In this document: positions 1-12,980 of the stretch, in pieces
How the letters are laid out: every line of letters starts with the position of its first letter
Numbering within the stretch: the stretch's first letter is position 1
Assembly: GCF_006345805.1 (NCBI RefSeq)
Contig: NC_043000.1
Location: 33,542,001-33,606,000, forward strand
From: Octopus sinensis
Taxonomy: Eukaryota
Reading direction: 5' to 3'
Length of the DNA stretch: 64,000 bases
Program-made: the position numbers and the translations under genes
The notes under the pieces: model-generated
Told to the model about the DNA's origin: nothing
The model's input: only the letters and a program-made list of their open reading frames with translations
The model's database searches: none

Positions 1-71
1 TTGGACTAGCCTATCTAAACAGAGGCTTGGAGGAGAAGCAGGCGCCATACCAGCAAAAACCAATGCATGAG

Positions 72-724
<653 letters not shown>

Positions 725-779
725 ATTCAGATATGCTAACAGAGTTCTATTAACAATCTCTCTTTATCGATGGCCTAAA

Positions 780-1610
780 GCACTTTATGTCTATTAGTAA
801 TGAAAGAATTGTAAATATACGACTTCAAATGAACGACATTCCTGTTGAGGTTTAGGTTAGTATTGGTCCAGAATATATTTAACTGCAACACCGTCGTTAC
901 CTGGTAAAGTCTTTTAGATTACATTTTGGAGTTCCGTATCTCAGTTGAAGAGGAAGTTGTTCCTGATCCGAAGCACATCTAAGCGTTAATTGATTGACTG
1001 CTATTTCTTGGAGAAATATGTCCAGGCATCTTTTGACGGAATATTTTCCGCATTGCACAACTGATGTAGCGTTCATGAATGTTCAGAGACAATGTTCGCA
1101 ATCAAGGATTCCTATCCCATTTTATTATCTCCTTGTCCTATTGTCCTCCGTAGTGTCTCAATGTTTATAATATACTCTTTGGTTTAGGGAGACCATTGGG
1201 AGAAGGGTTCTCAGCGAGACCGTAAAACGGTAAGAAGAGAAAATTGTTGCTTTCTGGATCTGTAGAGCGAATCTTTTGAAGATTCAAGAGCTCGTTCTAT
1301 GTGCCATATCAACTTCATTGTTGATACGGCAATCACTTCCAGATCTCTGATATTGTTAAATACTTTAAGAGCTCTTCTTGATGGAAGATCGCAGAAGAGT
1401 CTCTCATAGTTGGTTAAATTTATCCTCAAAGCGGCTGAGTTCAATTTCTTTCTTAACTTACCAACATGTTGTTTCATCCATCGATGTCATCATGTAGATC
1501 AAATTGGAATTTCATCGATCACTTACTTTATTGGTAACTTTCTGAAGCTTACAGCGATCTACAAACGTTTTTATTTTACTGTTTCTGACAACATTTCTCT
1601 TGTTATTTAA
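780..1610 (-). mobile_element. Decayed Penelope-like element fragment (N-terminal region and start of RT)
   Basis: Frameshifted minus-strand peptides KTFVDRCKLQKV, NGIGILDCEHCL (cf. DKGNxxVILD) and LRYGTPK (cf. LYGxPKxHK) occur in the order expected for a PLE. Confidence 0.6.
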
Positions 1611-2399
1611 GTAAATCATGAAAAGAAAAAGGGTTTCAAAACAGTGCCATACAGAACACCACTAGTGACTTTTCTGTACTTAGGTATATATTTTGGGGTC
1701 TCCAGTGGTCAGGATTGACCATGGATCTGTGTCTGGGTAAGTTAATTTTTGTAGAAGATTAGCACTTATCCATGTATACTAGTCTCCTCACGTCACGCCA
1801 ATGTTATCCAAAGGAAAGGCTGTTCTTAACGACTGATATCGTTTGGCACCAGCGTCGTTGCCATCAAAACACAAGCATCCCGTACAAACATCGCGAAACA
1901 CCTTGTCCAAGGATGTAACAATCCATTGCCCTCAGCAAGTACTTTTGACTTATCGATTGCGAAGGGATGATATACATAATTAGATGGACTGAGAAATTTC
2001 ACAGTCTGAAACAAACAGAAATGTTGCCGAACAGAAAACTTACGATGCACTTTCTCTGCTGCAACTGAAGGCTATTAAATTTCGAGAAATCTTACCTGAA
2101 GAATCTACTGCATTTGCATAATCAACAAAGTCTATATACTCCAATCAACTGAGAACGGTCTCCCCGGCACCCGAACATCAAATCAAAATGTGTTACCATT
2201 ACATGATGTCAATTCCAGCAAATAATATCAACGGAATCCGATGGGTTGTGAGGCTAACCATCGCCTCTGAATTCTCGAGGAATGAGAATCTTACTAGCTT
2301 ATCTCTTTCTAAGTTATCAAATTGAACAACTGTGACAACTTGTACGCATTCTTTTGACAATACAACAAATGGTCTTTGAAAATTCATCTTACTGAACTT

Positions 2400-3370
2400 C
2401 TTCCCAGATATGGCGGGTGCCGCGCCAGTTGATCGGAAGGGGCTTGGATTTGGGTCAATTTAATTCAGTCCGTTTTCAAGTATGATGCAGAACAAACGGA
2501 GATTTGTTGTTAGTAACGGTGTCAAGGTAAGACGGGGGATGGGGCAGAAAGAAGAGATCGTCATTTGATTCAATGCTCTTAACAAGGACGACAGGCGACA
2601 AGATGGACGGAATATGTAACTGAGAGTAAAATAAGTTGGAATGCAATTTGGAAGTGGAATACATCACGTCTAAGTACTTTGTTTCATTAATCCTATGGTG
2701 CTTTGCCGTCGCCTACAACTCTCGTGAGATGGAACGTATCAAAAAGTGATAAATGCAGATGCGGGCAAGTAGCAACGCTGAAATATAATCTTTCCGACTG
2801 TTCACTGGCATTGGACAGAGAGATGCATGGAGACACAGTCCGGTTCTTAGGATCCTTTTCAATGTTGCTCAGAAGCAAATTTCTCTAATCAACAGTGCCA
2901 AGAAACCACAGAAGAAACCTGCCAAAGATGTTATTACTTTCCATTTGAAGAATAAACTCTCTGTGAAGAATGAAAAGTGAAACGGATATTGGGAGGTGAC
3001 TGAAGATTTACCAGGGTGCTAGAAATTCTTCTCCATTCTAGTTACGAAGAAATCTGATATTATTATATGGTGTGAGAAAAAGAAAGCAGTAAATTGGTCG
3101 AGTTAACGGTTCCTCATGAAGATAACATGGATGCCGCTCGGACTCGAAACATCGATCGTTATAAACACTTCCTCGAGAAATGTCAAGCCACAGGTTGGAA
3201 AGCAAGTATTTTCCAATCGAAATTGGATGTATAGGATCGATTGGACACAGTGTGTGACGACTGTAGCTGCTAGGCCGAAATCACTGAAAAACAAATACAC
3301 CAACGAGTGATACACAGTAGAGATGGCAAAACCCCTGGATTTGGTGAAAAGGAGACGCTGAGTAATGGCT
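2400..3370 (+). mobile_element. HERO-like (R2 superfamily, REL endonuclease) LINE, C-terminal remnant; may extend upstream to ~1880
   Basis: RKGLG; RWTEYVTESKISWNAIWKWNTSRL; PSPTTLVRWNVSKSDKCRCGQVATLKYNLSDCSLAL (zinc knuckle); DIIIWCEKKKAV; ELTVPHEDNMDAARTRNIDRYKHFLEKCQATGWKASIF (REL motif); many stops and frameshifts. Confidence 0.85.
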
Positions 3371-3575
3371 AGAAAAATATTGAGTTGAAATCTAGTAGCC
3401 AGTTGATCTAGCAAGCGAGGCCTTATCTCATTGAGGACGGGAGTGTACAATAAAACCGTCGGAGAAGGCCTCGAAATGGCACGCATACTCTCCTGATGAC
3501 CCCATAAGCCAGCTAGTGTCCTGTAGTCGGAGCTTTCAATTGGTAGCATTAGTACCAGCAAGTTATTTGCAAATA

Positions 3576-3578
3576 ATC

Positions 3579-3668
<90 letters not shown>

Positions 3669-3682
3669 AGTCAGTCTGTCTG
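3576..3682. repeat. (TCTA)n microsatellite
   Basis: Direct reading. Confidence 0.97.
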
Positions 3683-4019
3683 TCTATTGGTATTGATAAC
3701 ATTCACGTTTTGTGTGTTGCACATAGCTTTCCATTTTGTGAGGCAAATTTCTTATTTCGGCAGCGTATATTTTTCTTATGCCGTAATATATTCCATATTC
3801 ATCCACATTCAGAATTTACTTAGCAAAATTAATATTTCACCGAAGGCCTCCTGATATTTGCATCTCTATCTAATGTAGTTATTATTAATAACTGCAAGGA
3901 AACTCTGTTTCTTGGGAAATATAATAAGTATCTCGTATAAAAATACATTCCCTGCATTGTCTATGATTGCCGTCTGTTTTTAATATGAGGCAAGGAAACA
4001 GTATTACCGCAAAACTAAG

Positions 4020-4800
4020 AAAATAATTACAGACGCCTTTATTATATCCCACAAGGCAACATACAACCAGAATTGTACAGTAAAAATCACGAAACTCATA
4101 AACTCGGAGATAATCTTAAACACAAAAACCTTAAACAACTGAAACAAAATAAAACATTAAACAACAAAATAAAGAACAAAATTAAACCAAAGAAAAATCT
4201 GGAAGCAAACAAAACTGGTAAGATTTTTGTATCCAACATGAACAAGAAAACTTAGAAGTAAACCACTGGATTGAGTAATTAGAAAGAAAAAACCACGGCA
4301 AGGATGGCGACGATGACAACAACGGTCACAACACTCTTCATATTGCAGTAAGAAGGCTCTGTAGCCAAGCAAATTTTCTTATTTGATATTTCTTGAAAGT
4401 CAGCCCCCAAAAACCCGCACAAAGTGGACAGAAACACAAAACATACTTTCTACTTTGCCCACAACTTTGAAAACTCTCTTTCGTCAGATATCGGAAACGA
4501 AGCGGGGAAATCTGAAAGTTTAACAGTGTCATCGCCAGACAACACAATACGAAAGACACCAGAAAGAATCACCGCATTCACCATAATTTACACCTGCTTA
4601 TACCAACACTGTCATATTTAGAACCAAATTGAAAATATGAAGTCCAACGGAAGTAATAGTCAGACTCGTTATTCCCATATCTGCATTCTCAGACATCACT
4701 TCACCACTTATTCCCTTTTGTAAATCACAACATGGAGTCAGACGTCGACCTTTAATCCTCCCAATTTTCTACAACCTCACGCAGACGATACATTTCAATT
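4020..4800 (+). mobile_element. Highly decayed non-LTR RT remnant
   Basis: Weak motifs (NNYRR; GVR in the GVRQG context); 22-nt identity (4722-4743) with the remnant at 11955-11976. Confidence 0.35.
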
Positions 4801-5084
4801 TGTTTCTTAGACGAAATATACACTGCCGGAAGTTCTTGTTGAACTTGTTGACAAACAACAGCAGTAATTGCATTCACCTCAATAGACATCCTTGATTGGT
4901 TGAAATTGCCGAAATGCAAGAAATTTAACAACAAATAGCTTACAAACTACAGAATTTTCTCAAGAACGCCAAGAGAAAAAGATGTTTTATGTGACACATT
5001 CTACCAGTATACGAAGTTTAAAAGTGTTTAGTTACAAAGAAATTATTTTAAAAATCTGCCGGTCAAAGTGAAAAGATCCGAAGA

Positions 5085-5172
5085 CAGTTGCTCAAGGTAC
5101 CACTCGGTGGGACTGAACCCAGAAGCATGTGGTTGGGAAGCAAGCTTCTTACCACACAGCCACGCCAGCGCC
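5085..5172 (-). mobile_element. tRNA-derived SINE head, family B
   Basis: Minus strand ggcgctggcgtggctgtgtggtaagaag (A box) and gggttcagtccc (B box); same head recurs at 43.2, 54.0 and 58.7 kb. Confidence 0.85.
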
Positions 5173-5570
5173 AATTGACAAATAATTATACATGATAATT
5201 CCTGGTTGTAAACGTTTTGTTTTGATGTACATCGTCACCAACTGACATTAAAGAGGAATATGGATCGTTTCACTTTGACTGGGTCTACTGTTTCCGCATC
5301 TGATGTGGCCACCACTGAAGATGTACAGAAATGGACTGGAGAGTGGAGAGAGTGCAGTATGTACATCATAACATCTCTTGTTTGACTACTGTATGTTGGT
5401 GTATAGTGTGTCCTCCTCTGGAAAACGGAGGTCTGGTGTAACTAGAGAAAAAGGGGCTTCGACATCGATTGTCGACACCGATCAGGGCTGACCTCTGAGG
5501 CTGCATGGCAAAAAACTACTTGGATATCATAGCCAGATGAAAACTGATTGGGACTACGGAACGACAGCAA

Positions 5571-5892
5571 GTGGAGGCGTAATGGCCCGGTGGTTAGGGC
5601 AGTGGACTCGCGGCCGGAGGATCGCGGTTTCGATTCTCAGACCGGGCGTTGTGTGTTTATTGAGCGAAAACACCTAAAGCTTCACGAGGCTCCGGCAGTG
5701 GGTGGTGGCGACCCCTGTTGTACTCTTTCGCTCCAACTTTCTCTCACTCTTTCTTCCTGTTTCTTGTCCCCGACTTCCTACGCAACCGCTGAGCCTGGAT
5801 GCGCATTCATCCATCCGTCGATGCTCTCGGTGTCGGGGGTTGACCTTCTTTCTCTTCTGCGGGTCTTACGAATAGCAAAGGACCACGTTTAG
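5571..5892 (+). mobile_element. tRNA-derived SINE, family C, tail type 1
   Basis: tggcccggtgg A box, ggtttcgattc B box; first ~195 bp match 27131-27326. Confidence 0.85.
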
Positions 5893-6109
5893 GACTTCTC
5901 CCACTACACTGGGACGAAGACTGCTTCGCTCAACAAACAAACAAACAGCAACAGCAACAACAATAACGACATCATAAACAACAACAACAACAACAAGGAA
6001 CGGCAGCAGAAACAGCAACAGAACAACTGTAAGAGTAGAGTCTGCCGAAGAGAAAGCGAATGGATCAACTTCTTAGAACTCGTCTTTTACTGAGTTCTCA
6101 TTCGTTTCT

Positions 6110-6121
6110 AAACACACACAC

Positions 6122-6155
<34 letters not shown>

Positions 6156-6301
6156 CACACACACACACGCGCACACACACAGACATTCACACACACACGC
6201 ATATTCACACACACACACACACACCTGCGGTTGTATGTACAAGCATATTTATAAGCACGCATGCACATATCTTTGTATCTATAAGCATGCACATAATCTC
6301 T

Positions 6302-6333
<32 letters not shown>

Positions 6334-6357
6334 TACATACATATATACATACATACA

Positions 6358-6389
<32 letters not shown>

Positions 6390-6478
6390 CATACTTATAT
6401 ACATGTTTGCATTTGTAAGCATAGATATACAAATATATATTTAGAAGCACACTTACAAACTCTCTCATTCTCTTTCTG

Positions 6479-6536
<58 letters not shown>

Positions 6537-6540
6537 GCAT
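6110..6540. repeat. Compound (CA)n/(ACAT)n/(CT)n microsatellites
   Basis: Direct reading. Confidence 0.95.
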
Positions 6541-6944
6541 GCGTACAAATTGTATATGGAACCGAATGTGTCTGGTGCTGAATAATCCGTGTCTTTTCGT
6601 AAGACTCCGCTTCAGTTTGGAGCGCTCGGCAGTCTTCATGCGTGTTTAATAAACTCTCTTCACTCTTTCTCAAGCTTATCGTTGCTATCAGCGACATTGA
6701 TGCTGTTCGCTTGCCTAACCATTTCCATTTTCAAAGTTGGTAATAAAATTTAACGGAGACTAACCTTTTCGAATTCTTCAATTCTTCAAAGAGTCCACTA
6801 ACTTACAAGCACGCAACTATGGCAACACAGCTAGTCACGCGTAAAAAAATATTTATACACGCAACATGGAGACTCTTTTTATCATATTTTGTAATGCTTT
6901 CTCTCCTTCTCTCTTTCCTTCTATTTATACTATTTCTCTCTCTT

Positions 6945-7003
<59 letters not shown>

Positions 7004-7844
7004 TTCTCTCTCTTATGCTTTCACGTACTTTCTCTCAATTCCTCTTCTTTTATCTCTCTTTTCTGTCACTCTCTCTATCTCTCTCTTTCTCGTTCAGTTT
7101 AATTCGTAATTTTTCTTTCGCTTTCGTTCACACATGCGCACACATATATGATATACACACACACACACACACACGCGCGCTTTCACAAACTTACACACAC
7201 AAACGCATATCAACACACACTGACATCGCAGCTCATTCACATTCACGTCAGCACTCACACACTCACAAACACACACGTGCATAGCTTCTAAACCTGTTCC
7301 ATAGCTATGATCATCACAAAGATAACAGTTTATATATATATTTGCTTTCGTACATCGACACATAAATGTATAACTGTTTGTTTCGTTTGTGGTTAACACT
7401 TCCATATTCACATCCAGTTTCGCTTTCGTCAGACAAACAAATTCGCACACACAAACACATACACAACCGCATGCATACGGATGCATACAAGAAGCCTCCT
7501 CCATCCTCAAGCATACACACACCTCACTTTGACGATTCCACTACAAAATACGAGATTCTACGTCTCCAGAATATTCTTGCTATTTTCAAGCTGAAATATT
7601 AATTTCTTCATGCTTAAAACTGACTGCAAGACATAAAGATTTGGTTTTTGTCGCTCACAGACTTCACAAATCTACATCTATTGGTACAGCAGGTTTTTCG
7701 TATTCACTATTTTACTATTTTAAAATGTTTCAGCTGCAAATCTGTGGTCATACTGGAGCTCCACCGTTGACTGAGCTTCACCATTATTTGGAACCTCCTC
7801 TGATTTCTGGCATTTGGTCAATGGGGGAGTCTGATGCTGGGGAC

Positions 7845-7960
7845 GCTTACAGCACCTAGGTTTCCCAAGCGGTCACCAATCTAAGTATTCACTAGTTTCG
7901 ACCTTGCTTCACGTCGGTGATCGGACGAGAACCCGTGCTTTTAAGAAAATGCAACACGAC
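7845..7960 (-). pseudogene. 5S: 5S rRNA pseudogene (or 5S-derived SINE head)
   Basis: Minus strand aaagcacgggttctcgtccgatcaccgacgtgaagcaaggtcg...atacttagattggtgaccgcttgggaaacctaggtgctgtaagc aligns by eye with metazoan 5S over ~116 nt; 5' end diverged, no oligo-T terminator. Confidence 0.85.
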
Positions 7961-7995
<35 letters not shown>

Positions 7996-8494
7996 ATTGG
8001 AGGGTATATTTATTGGGTGCTGAAAGTGTATGAAGTTTTTAACTATCAGTAAATGTTTTAAGTAACACTAGTTTTTGTACTGAGTCCTATTTTTACTCCA
8101 TCATGTTCTGTTCAGATCGACATCCCTAGTTCTTGTGGTTAGGCTAATATGATTGAGTAAAATTAAGAGAGATGTCGTTGGGAGTCTAGTAGGGCCGAGA
8201 ACTAATAACGGTCCCAAAATAGGACAAATAGCTGTAGACAATAACATTGGAAGTGCCGGAAGAGGAGGGCAACACCAGAGGAGCAGCGTAAGGTGGTACC
8301 ACGGAACTGCAGTGGCACTCCATTGCCATTTCAACGACTGCTACTGTCTATGTCCTTCACTCTGGGTCACAGAGGATGTGGCGTTGAAACCCTAGCGCCT
8401 GGATCACTTCCTGTCAAAGTCACATCCGGAAGAAACACACGCAGGCCCCCCCAAACACCCACACCCACAGTAAAGTGCGACACGTATTTATTGT

Positions 8495-8583
8495 GGAACA
8501 CTGATGAGTTAAAGTTTATGGCTACATATTTCTAGTACTGTTACGTAATTATTTCGGCATTTTGATGGAACACGTGTATGTCC
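8495..8583 (+). ncRNA. Decayed type I hammerhead ribozyme (A13G)
   Basis: ggaaca-CTGATGA-gttaaa...tttgat-GGAAC-acgt-GTA-tgtcc; stems I-III recognisable, core GAAA mutated to GGAA. Confidence 0.55.
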
Positions 8584-8606
8584 TATAAAACTTCGAGTGC
8601 CATACC

Positions 8607-8722
8607 TCTTCTTCTTCTTCTTCTTCTTCTTCTTCTTCTTCTTCTTCTTCTTCTTCTTCTTCTTCTTCTTCTTCTTCTTCTTCTTCTTCTTCTTCTTCTT
8701 CTTCTTCTTCTTCTTCTTCTTC
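8607..8722. repeat. (CTT)n trinucleotide tract, ~39 units
   Basis: Direct reading; produces the poly-K and poly-E ORF artefacts. Confidence 0.98.
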
Positions 8723-8724
8723 AT

Positions 8725-10610
8725 TTGAAGGTGGAACATTGCTATTGAGAGAAACGGTGACTGTGCTGAGAAGTAGGGATGTGATCCAGAGAGGATCAGC
8801 TTCATTTTGATGTATGATATACATATCCTGTGTTGGTAATATACTTGTCCTAAACCTTTTGACTCACCCTCGTTTGCATTACTGCCTCAAATGATTTTCC
8901 ACAGAGTCTACACAAAGGTGATACTGCTGTCTTATCAATGCTACACATTAAGTAAGAATCAGTCCTTCTGTTTCCTTCTTAAAAAAAACCGTCTCAATCT
9001 CTCCAGGATTTTTCATCGGCTTCATCGACTGTTTGTTGGAAAAACTTTCTCTTTCCACTTGATGATTTTTTTCACTATTAATCTTCATATTGTACTCCAG
9101 GGGGAAGGGAGGGTATCACCATAGTCACTGATCACCTTCTCTCACTCAGTGCAACCTGCTACACTCTTTCATCGCCATTCCTCAGATAGGCATGTAAGGA
9201 CTTGATTTACTTCACAGCACTATCTTCTATTCCAGCCTTCGTTTTTCTCCCTCCTTCCTTCATAAAGAAAGCTTTGCTACTTCTTGTATGAAGGCATCCA
9301 TGCATAGCCATTGCTTTCTTAGTTTTTCTATCCATGTTGACAAGTTCTTCACATCTACAGCTTAAGTTTAATGCCTCTAATCAAGTTCCTTCCGTTTAAT
9401 TTAGACCTACATAACTTTCGAACTCTTCTGGAATATTCAGGAGAAATTTTCTCCTTCATCTTCACATTCAGCATCTGATCTAGTTGTATAACACAAAGAA
9501 ACTTGTTACTCTCTCCGTTCACTTCTCTCATCCGCTCACCATCTAGAAGTTATACTATTTTGTGCCCTGTCCTTAGTTCAATAACAGCGTATTTCTCTAT
9601 ACCAAATGCCATCTGGATGTCTTGAGAGAAAATTCGTACAGACTGAATAAAGGAATCCAATTGACTAATGCTGCCCCTGTAAAGATTTAAATCATCCCTG
9701 AAAACCAGATGATTGATTGGTCACATATTTTTCCATAGCTTGTAACTAGCTCTCATCTTTCTGAGAAGCATGGAGAGCAGTAACATACAAAAAATAAACA
9801 GTAAAGGCGGCGAGCTGGTAGAAACGTTAGCGCGCTGGGCGAAATGCTTAGCGGTATTTCGCCTGTCGCTACGTTCTGAGTTCAAATTCCGCCGAGGTCT
9901 TTGCCTTTCATCCTTTCGGGGTAGATTAAATAAGTACCAGTTATGCACTGGGGTCGATAAATCGACTTATCCCTTTGTCTGTTCTTGTTTGTCCCCACTA
10001 TGTTTAGCCTCTTGTGGGCAATAAAGAAATAAATAAACAGTAAGGGTGACACCACGTCTCCTTGAAAGATTTCTCTCTTGATGTCGACTTGTCCAACCTC
10101 TCTTCCACCTGCAACCAAAACTGTCTTCCAATTTCTCATACTATTTAGGAATAAACAGTTAAACAAAGTTTTTGCTACCTCGACCATCTCTATGCATTTC
10201 AGAGTGATGAACCATATCATATGCCTTCTTATAATCAATTCAAGCCATTGATAGGTTTGTAAACCTTCTTCGACAGTTCCTCAGAATTGCCTGATCAATC
10301 ATCAACTGGTCCTTTTTGCCTTGTGATCCCTTTCTGCAGCCTCTCTGTTCATTTCTTTCAAGATGGTCGTACAATTTATTTCCCAGTTAGAAGTTTCAAC
10401 ATCATTGGTAAATAAGCATTTAGACAATAGTTACGGTCTCTGGCACTCTTGGATGGGTCCTTCTGAGTCGCCGAGTTCTTCTTTGGACCATCCATTCTGA
10501 TATAATTCCTTGCAAGGGTTTTTGTAATCTTGGATGTAAATTCGTCAAACCCTTGAACAAAAAATCCTGCACCATCTCCAGACAAGCTGCCTTCCAATTT
10601 CTCATCTTAC
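8725..10610 (-). mobile_element. R4/Dong-clade LINE RT remnant, interrupted by a SINE
   Basis: RNWKAACLE; [18 protein letters not shown]; NSMRNWKTVL...GQVDIKREIFQGDVVSPLLF; downstream frameshifted RT/thumb peptides down to ~8730. Confidence 0.85.
9805..10030 (+). mobile_element. tRNA-derived SINE, family A, full length with 13-bp TSD
   Basis: ggcggcgagctggtagaaacg head, gagttcaaattcc B box, cctttcatcctttcgggg core; aaataaacagtaa at 9792-9804 and 10031-10043. Confidence 0.92.
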
Positions 10611-10909
10611 CAGGATGAATTTTGATTGTGTACCTGATTCTATGTGTGTCCTACTAGTTGGCGTTAAGAACAGAAATTCTCTAGTTCGAAACCTCGACCT
10701 TCCAAGTTACTCTGTAATACCTTCCCTTTGTTGGTTATATCATTTCATTCTGTCGCTAATGAGACACATACATAAACACAGGCGAACATCACATTATCTT
10801 AATAGGTTCGTTAATTTTCTTGCAGTATAATTCACTGAAGATTTTGAGATAAACACGCTTCGTATTTATATATAAAAACTAAACGAGTCAGTTGATTGAC
10901 GCTCAGTAA

Positions 10910-11110
10910 TTAGTTGTTCCACGTAGCTGAGTAAATTGGTTTCTGTGTATCGCGCACTGTTTTAAATTATCGGCTGTGAATGAAGGGGTCAGAGAGTAAA
11001 TGTTATTAAAACGAGATTGTTCACAATCTGTAATTAGATAACTGTTATTCATATCGATTAACGAAATATCGATTCCTTTGAAGAAGATCAAATGCAGATA
11101 CAAGTTGCCA
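10910..11110 (-). mobile_element. PLE RT thumb fragment
   Basis: FKGIDISLIDMNNSYLITDCEQSRFNNIYSLTPSF resembles FLDxxIxxxxxxxxTxVYRKxTxxxxYLxxxS. Confidence 0.5.
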
Positions 11111-11699
11111 GAAATACTAAGATATTGAACTAAATGGCCTTGTACTGGTTAATCTCTCTCTTTAAAGCGAACACTAGCACCAAATGTCTTGCAGTATTTA
11201 GATTTGTTTCTGTAGGTTATGAGTTCAAATCTTGACTCATTCAACTAAAATTTTTATCCACTAAAATAAGTACCAGTTATGTTCTATGGGTAGATTAACT
11301 CGAATATACTTCCGGTTTCACAAAAATATGCTCGTAGTCTTTCATGAACCAAACCATTTCTTTCCTCAAAAGACTTCTTGTCTTTCATAAATATACTCTT
11401 GATTTTTCGTAAATATACTCCAGGTCCAACACAATGATGCCTCATTCAGCCAACCAAAAACCGATATTTGCAAACAGAGAGTACAGTCGGCATTTGAAGT
11501 CAGAGTGAATAGCTATGTGAATTGACACGTGTATGTAACTGGTACTTACGTCTCGCTATGGGCCTCTCACCATTATATTCAGGACAGTGAATCTAGTATA
11601 TTCTGTCTTCAAGACGGTACTGTGGACTTCAGTAGATCTAGCAGCTAATTTGAGCTGATTGACCAACCGAGTTGAGGTTAATTTGGAAGTTTTCCATCT

Positions 11700-12500
11700 G
11701 AGAGACTTCAGCATCTCACAGCATCAAAGAAACATTGAAAACACATCAAACGGGCATGGAATCATTTCACTCATCAATTTCTATTCTATCAACACTGACA
11801 AATAGCCAGAATTGAGAAACCAGTTCAAGTCATCACTATTTTGAGACTCAATAGACACGTTAATGGTACAAATTACATCATCCTCTTACACAAAGCCTGA
11901 AGAATACTAAAACGATGCATGGTTGATGCAATAACCCACACATCATCTTCAGAAAAATCACAACATGGAGTCAGACCTCTACACTTAATCCCCCACCTTG
12001 TTCTTAACGACTTTACACAAACATTACACATCAGTTTCAACAACAATAACAAGAAACCCACGAGTCAGCATCTTCTTCATCGACATCGGCAAATCTTCTC
12101 ACTCAATCTTCATTTGTTGACTTTCAGATAAAATACGCAAAACCTATTTAAGAAATAACACAAAACTTTGGCTACAAGGCCATGTCCTAGATCACAAAAA
12201 ACCTTTAAAATATACAAAAATAGCAAACTGGAGTTAGTTTTACTTCTCCCCGATTGGAGTTATGCAAAATCCTGGTCTCTCACCTCGTCTTTTAAATCTA
12301 CACCTACTCGAACATCTTACACCTCTGTGAAATCTATTTCACACACGGATGGCCTTACACATCTTTCCAAACATGCTTCCGACAGCTGCACAACTATTCC
12401 GATTCTACATCATGCCTTTGGAAACCAGACACATCATCACATACAACAGCGAATGTACCCCTTATTAGCAACTATATTAAAGAATACATTTAACAACCTC
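11700..12500 (+). mobile_element. Highly decayed non-LTR RT remnant
   Basis: HGVR...SPTLFL...IFFIDI in RT motif order; paralogous to 4020-4800. Confidence 0.4.
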
Positions 12501-12556
12501 GCACTGAACAGACAACAGTAAATTTAGAAAAGATAATAATGAAGGCAAAAGAACCT

Positions 12557-12625
12557 AAACATAGGTACTTAAATATAGGTACTTAAATATAGGTATCCAA
12601 AACAATCTAAACATAGGTATCCAAC
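12557..12625. repeat. Short degenerate tandem repeat of aaa(c/t)ataggta
   Basis: Four copies read directly. Confidence 0.8.
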
Positions 12626-12739
12626 TTGGTCAACAAGAAAGAGCACGAGCAGCGTACAAACAACAGATAACAGCAACCATGGTTTATAATAATCCGGGAC
12701 TCAAATTCCTTCTTTATAACATAAATACTCAAGTACAAA

Positions 12740-12980
12740 GAAGACAAAACAATGAATTTCTGATCGTCACAGGTTTCCGGAAATTCACAGCCGTTGACCA
12801 TTGCACAGCAAAACAAAAGTAATAAGATTGAAAGATCATCTAGACATGCGAGAAACAGTTTGTTGTTCCAGGAAAGCACAAACAGCGACGGTTCCTGCTA
12901 CGGTAAGGAAAACTACTTGAAAACAATCAGACTCACACAGCCCCGAATATCACTAAGGGAGCATAAAAAATGCCATAGTT
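12740..12980 (+). mobile_element. PLE GIY-YIG endonuclease remnant
   Basis: RLKDHL...SCYGKENYLKTIRLTQPRISLREHKK (cf. CxCGxxYIGxTxRxLxxRIxEHK). Confidence 0.45.

Noticed and set aside
1880-2400. Minus-strand RTE-like RT reading (YIDFVDYAN)
   Set aside because: Adjacent sequence is clearly a plus-strand HERO element; both readings are weak, so left unassigned
3470-3505. GAAA...ATA-ctctc-CTGATGA in the HERO 3'UTR
   Set aside because: No room for stem I and no stem II pairing
8509-8824. Poly-Lys and poly-Glu ORFs
   Set aside because: Translation of the (CTT)n microsatellite
9155-9190. CTGAGGA-atggcgat-GAAA-gagt-GTA on -
   Set aside because: Stem III G.G mismatch, weak stem I, lies within LINE coding sequence
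10825-10870. CTGAAGA...TAAAC...GTA hammerhead-like trace
   Set aside because: G12 missing and stems not convincing
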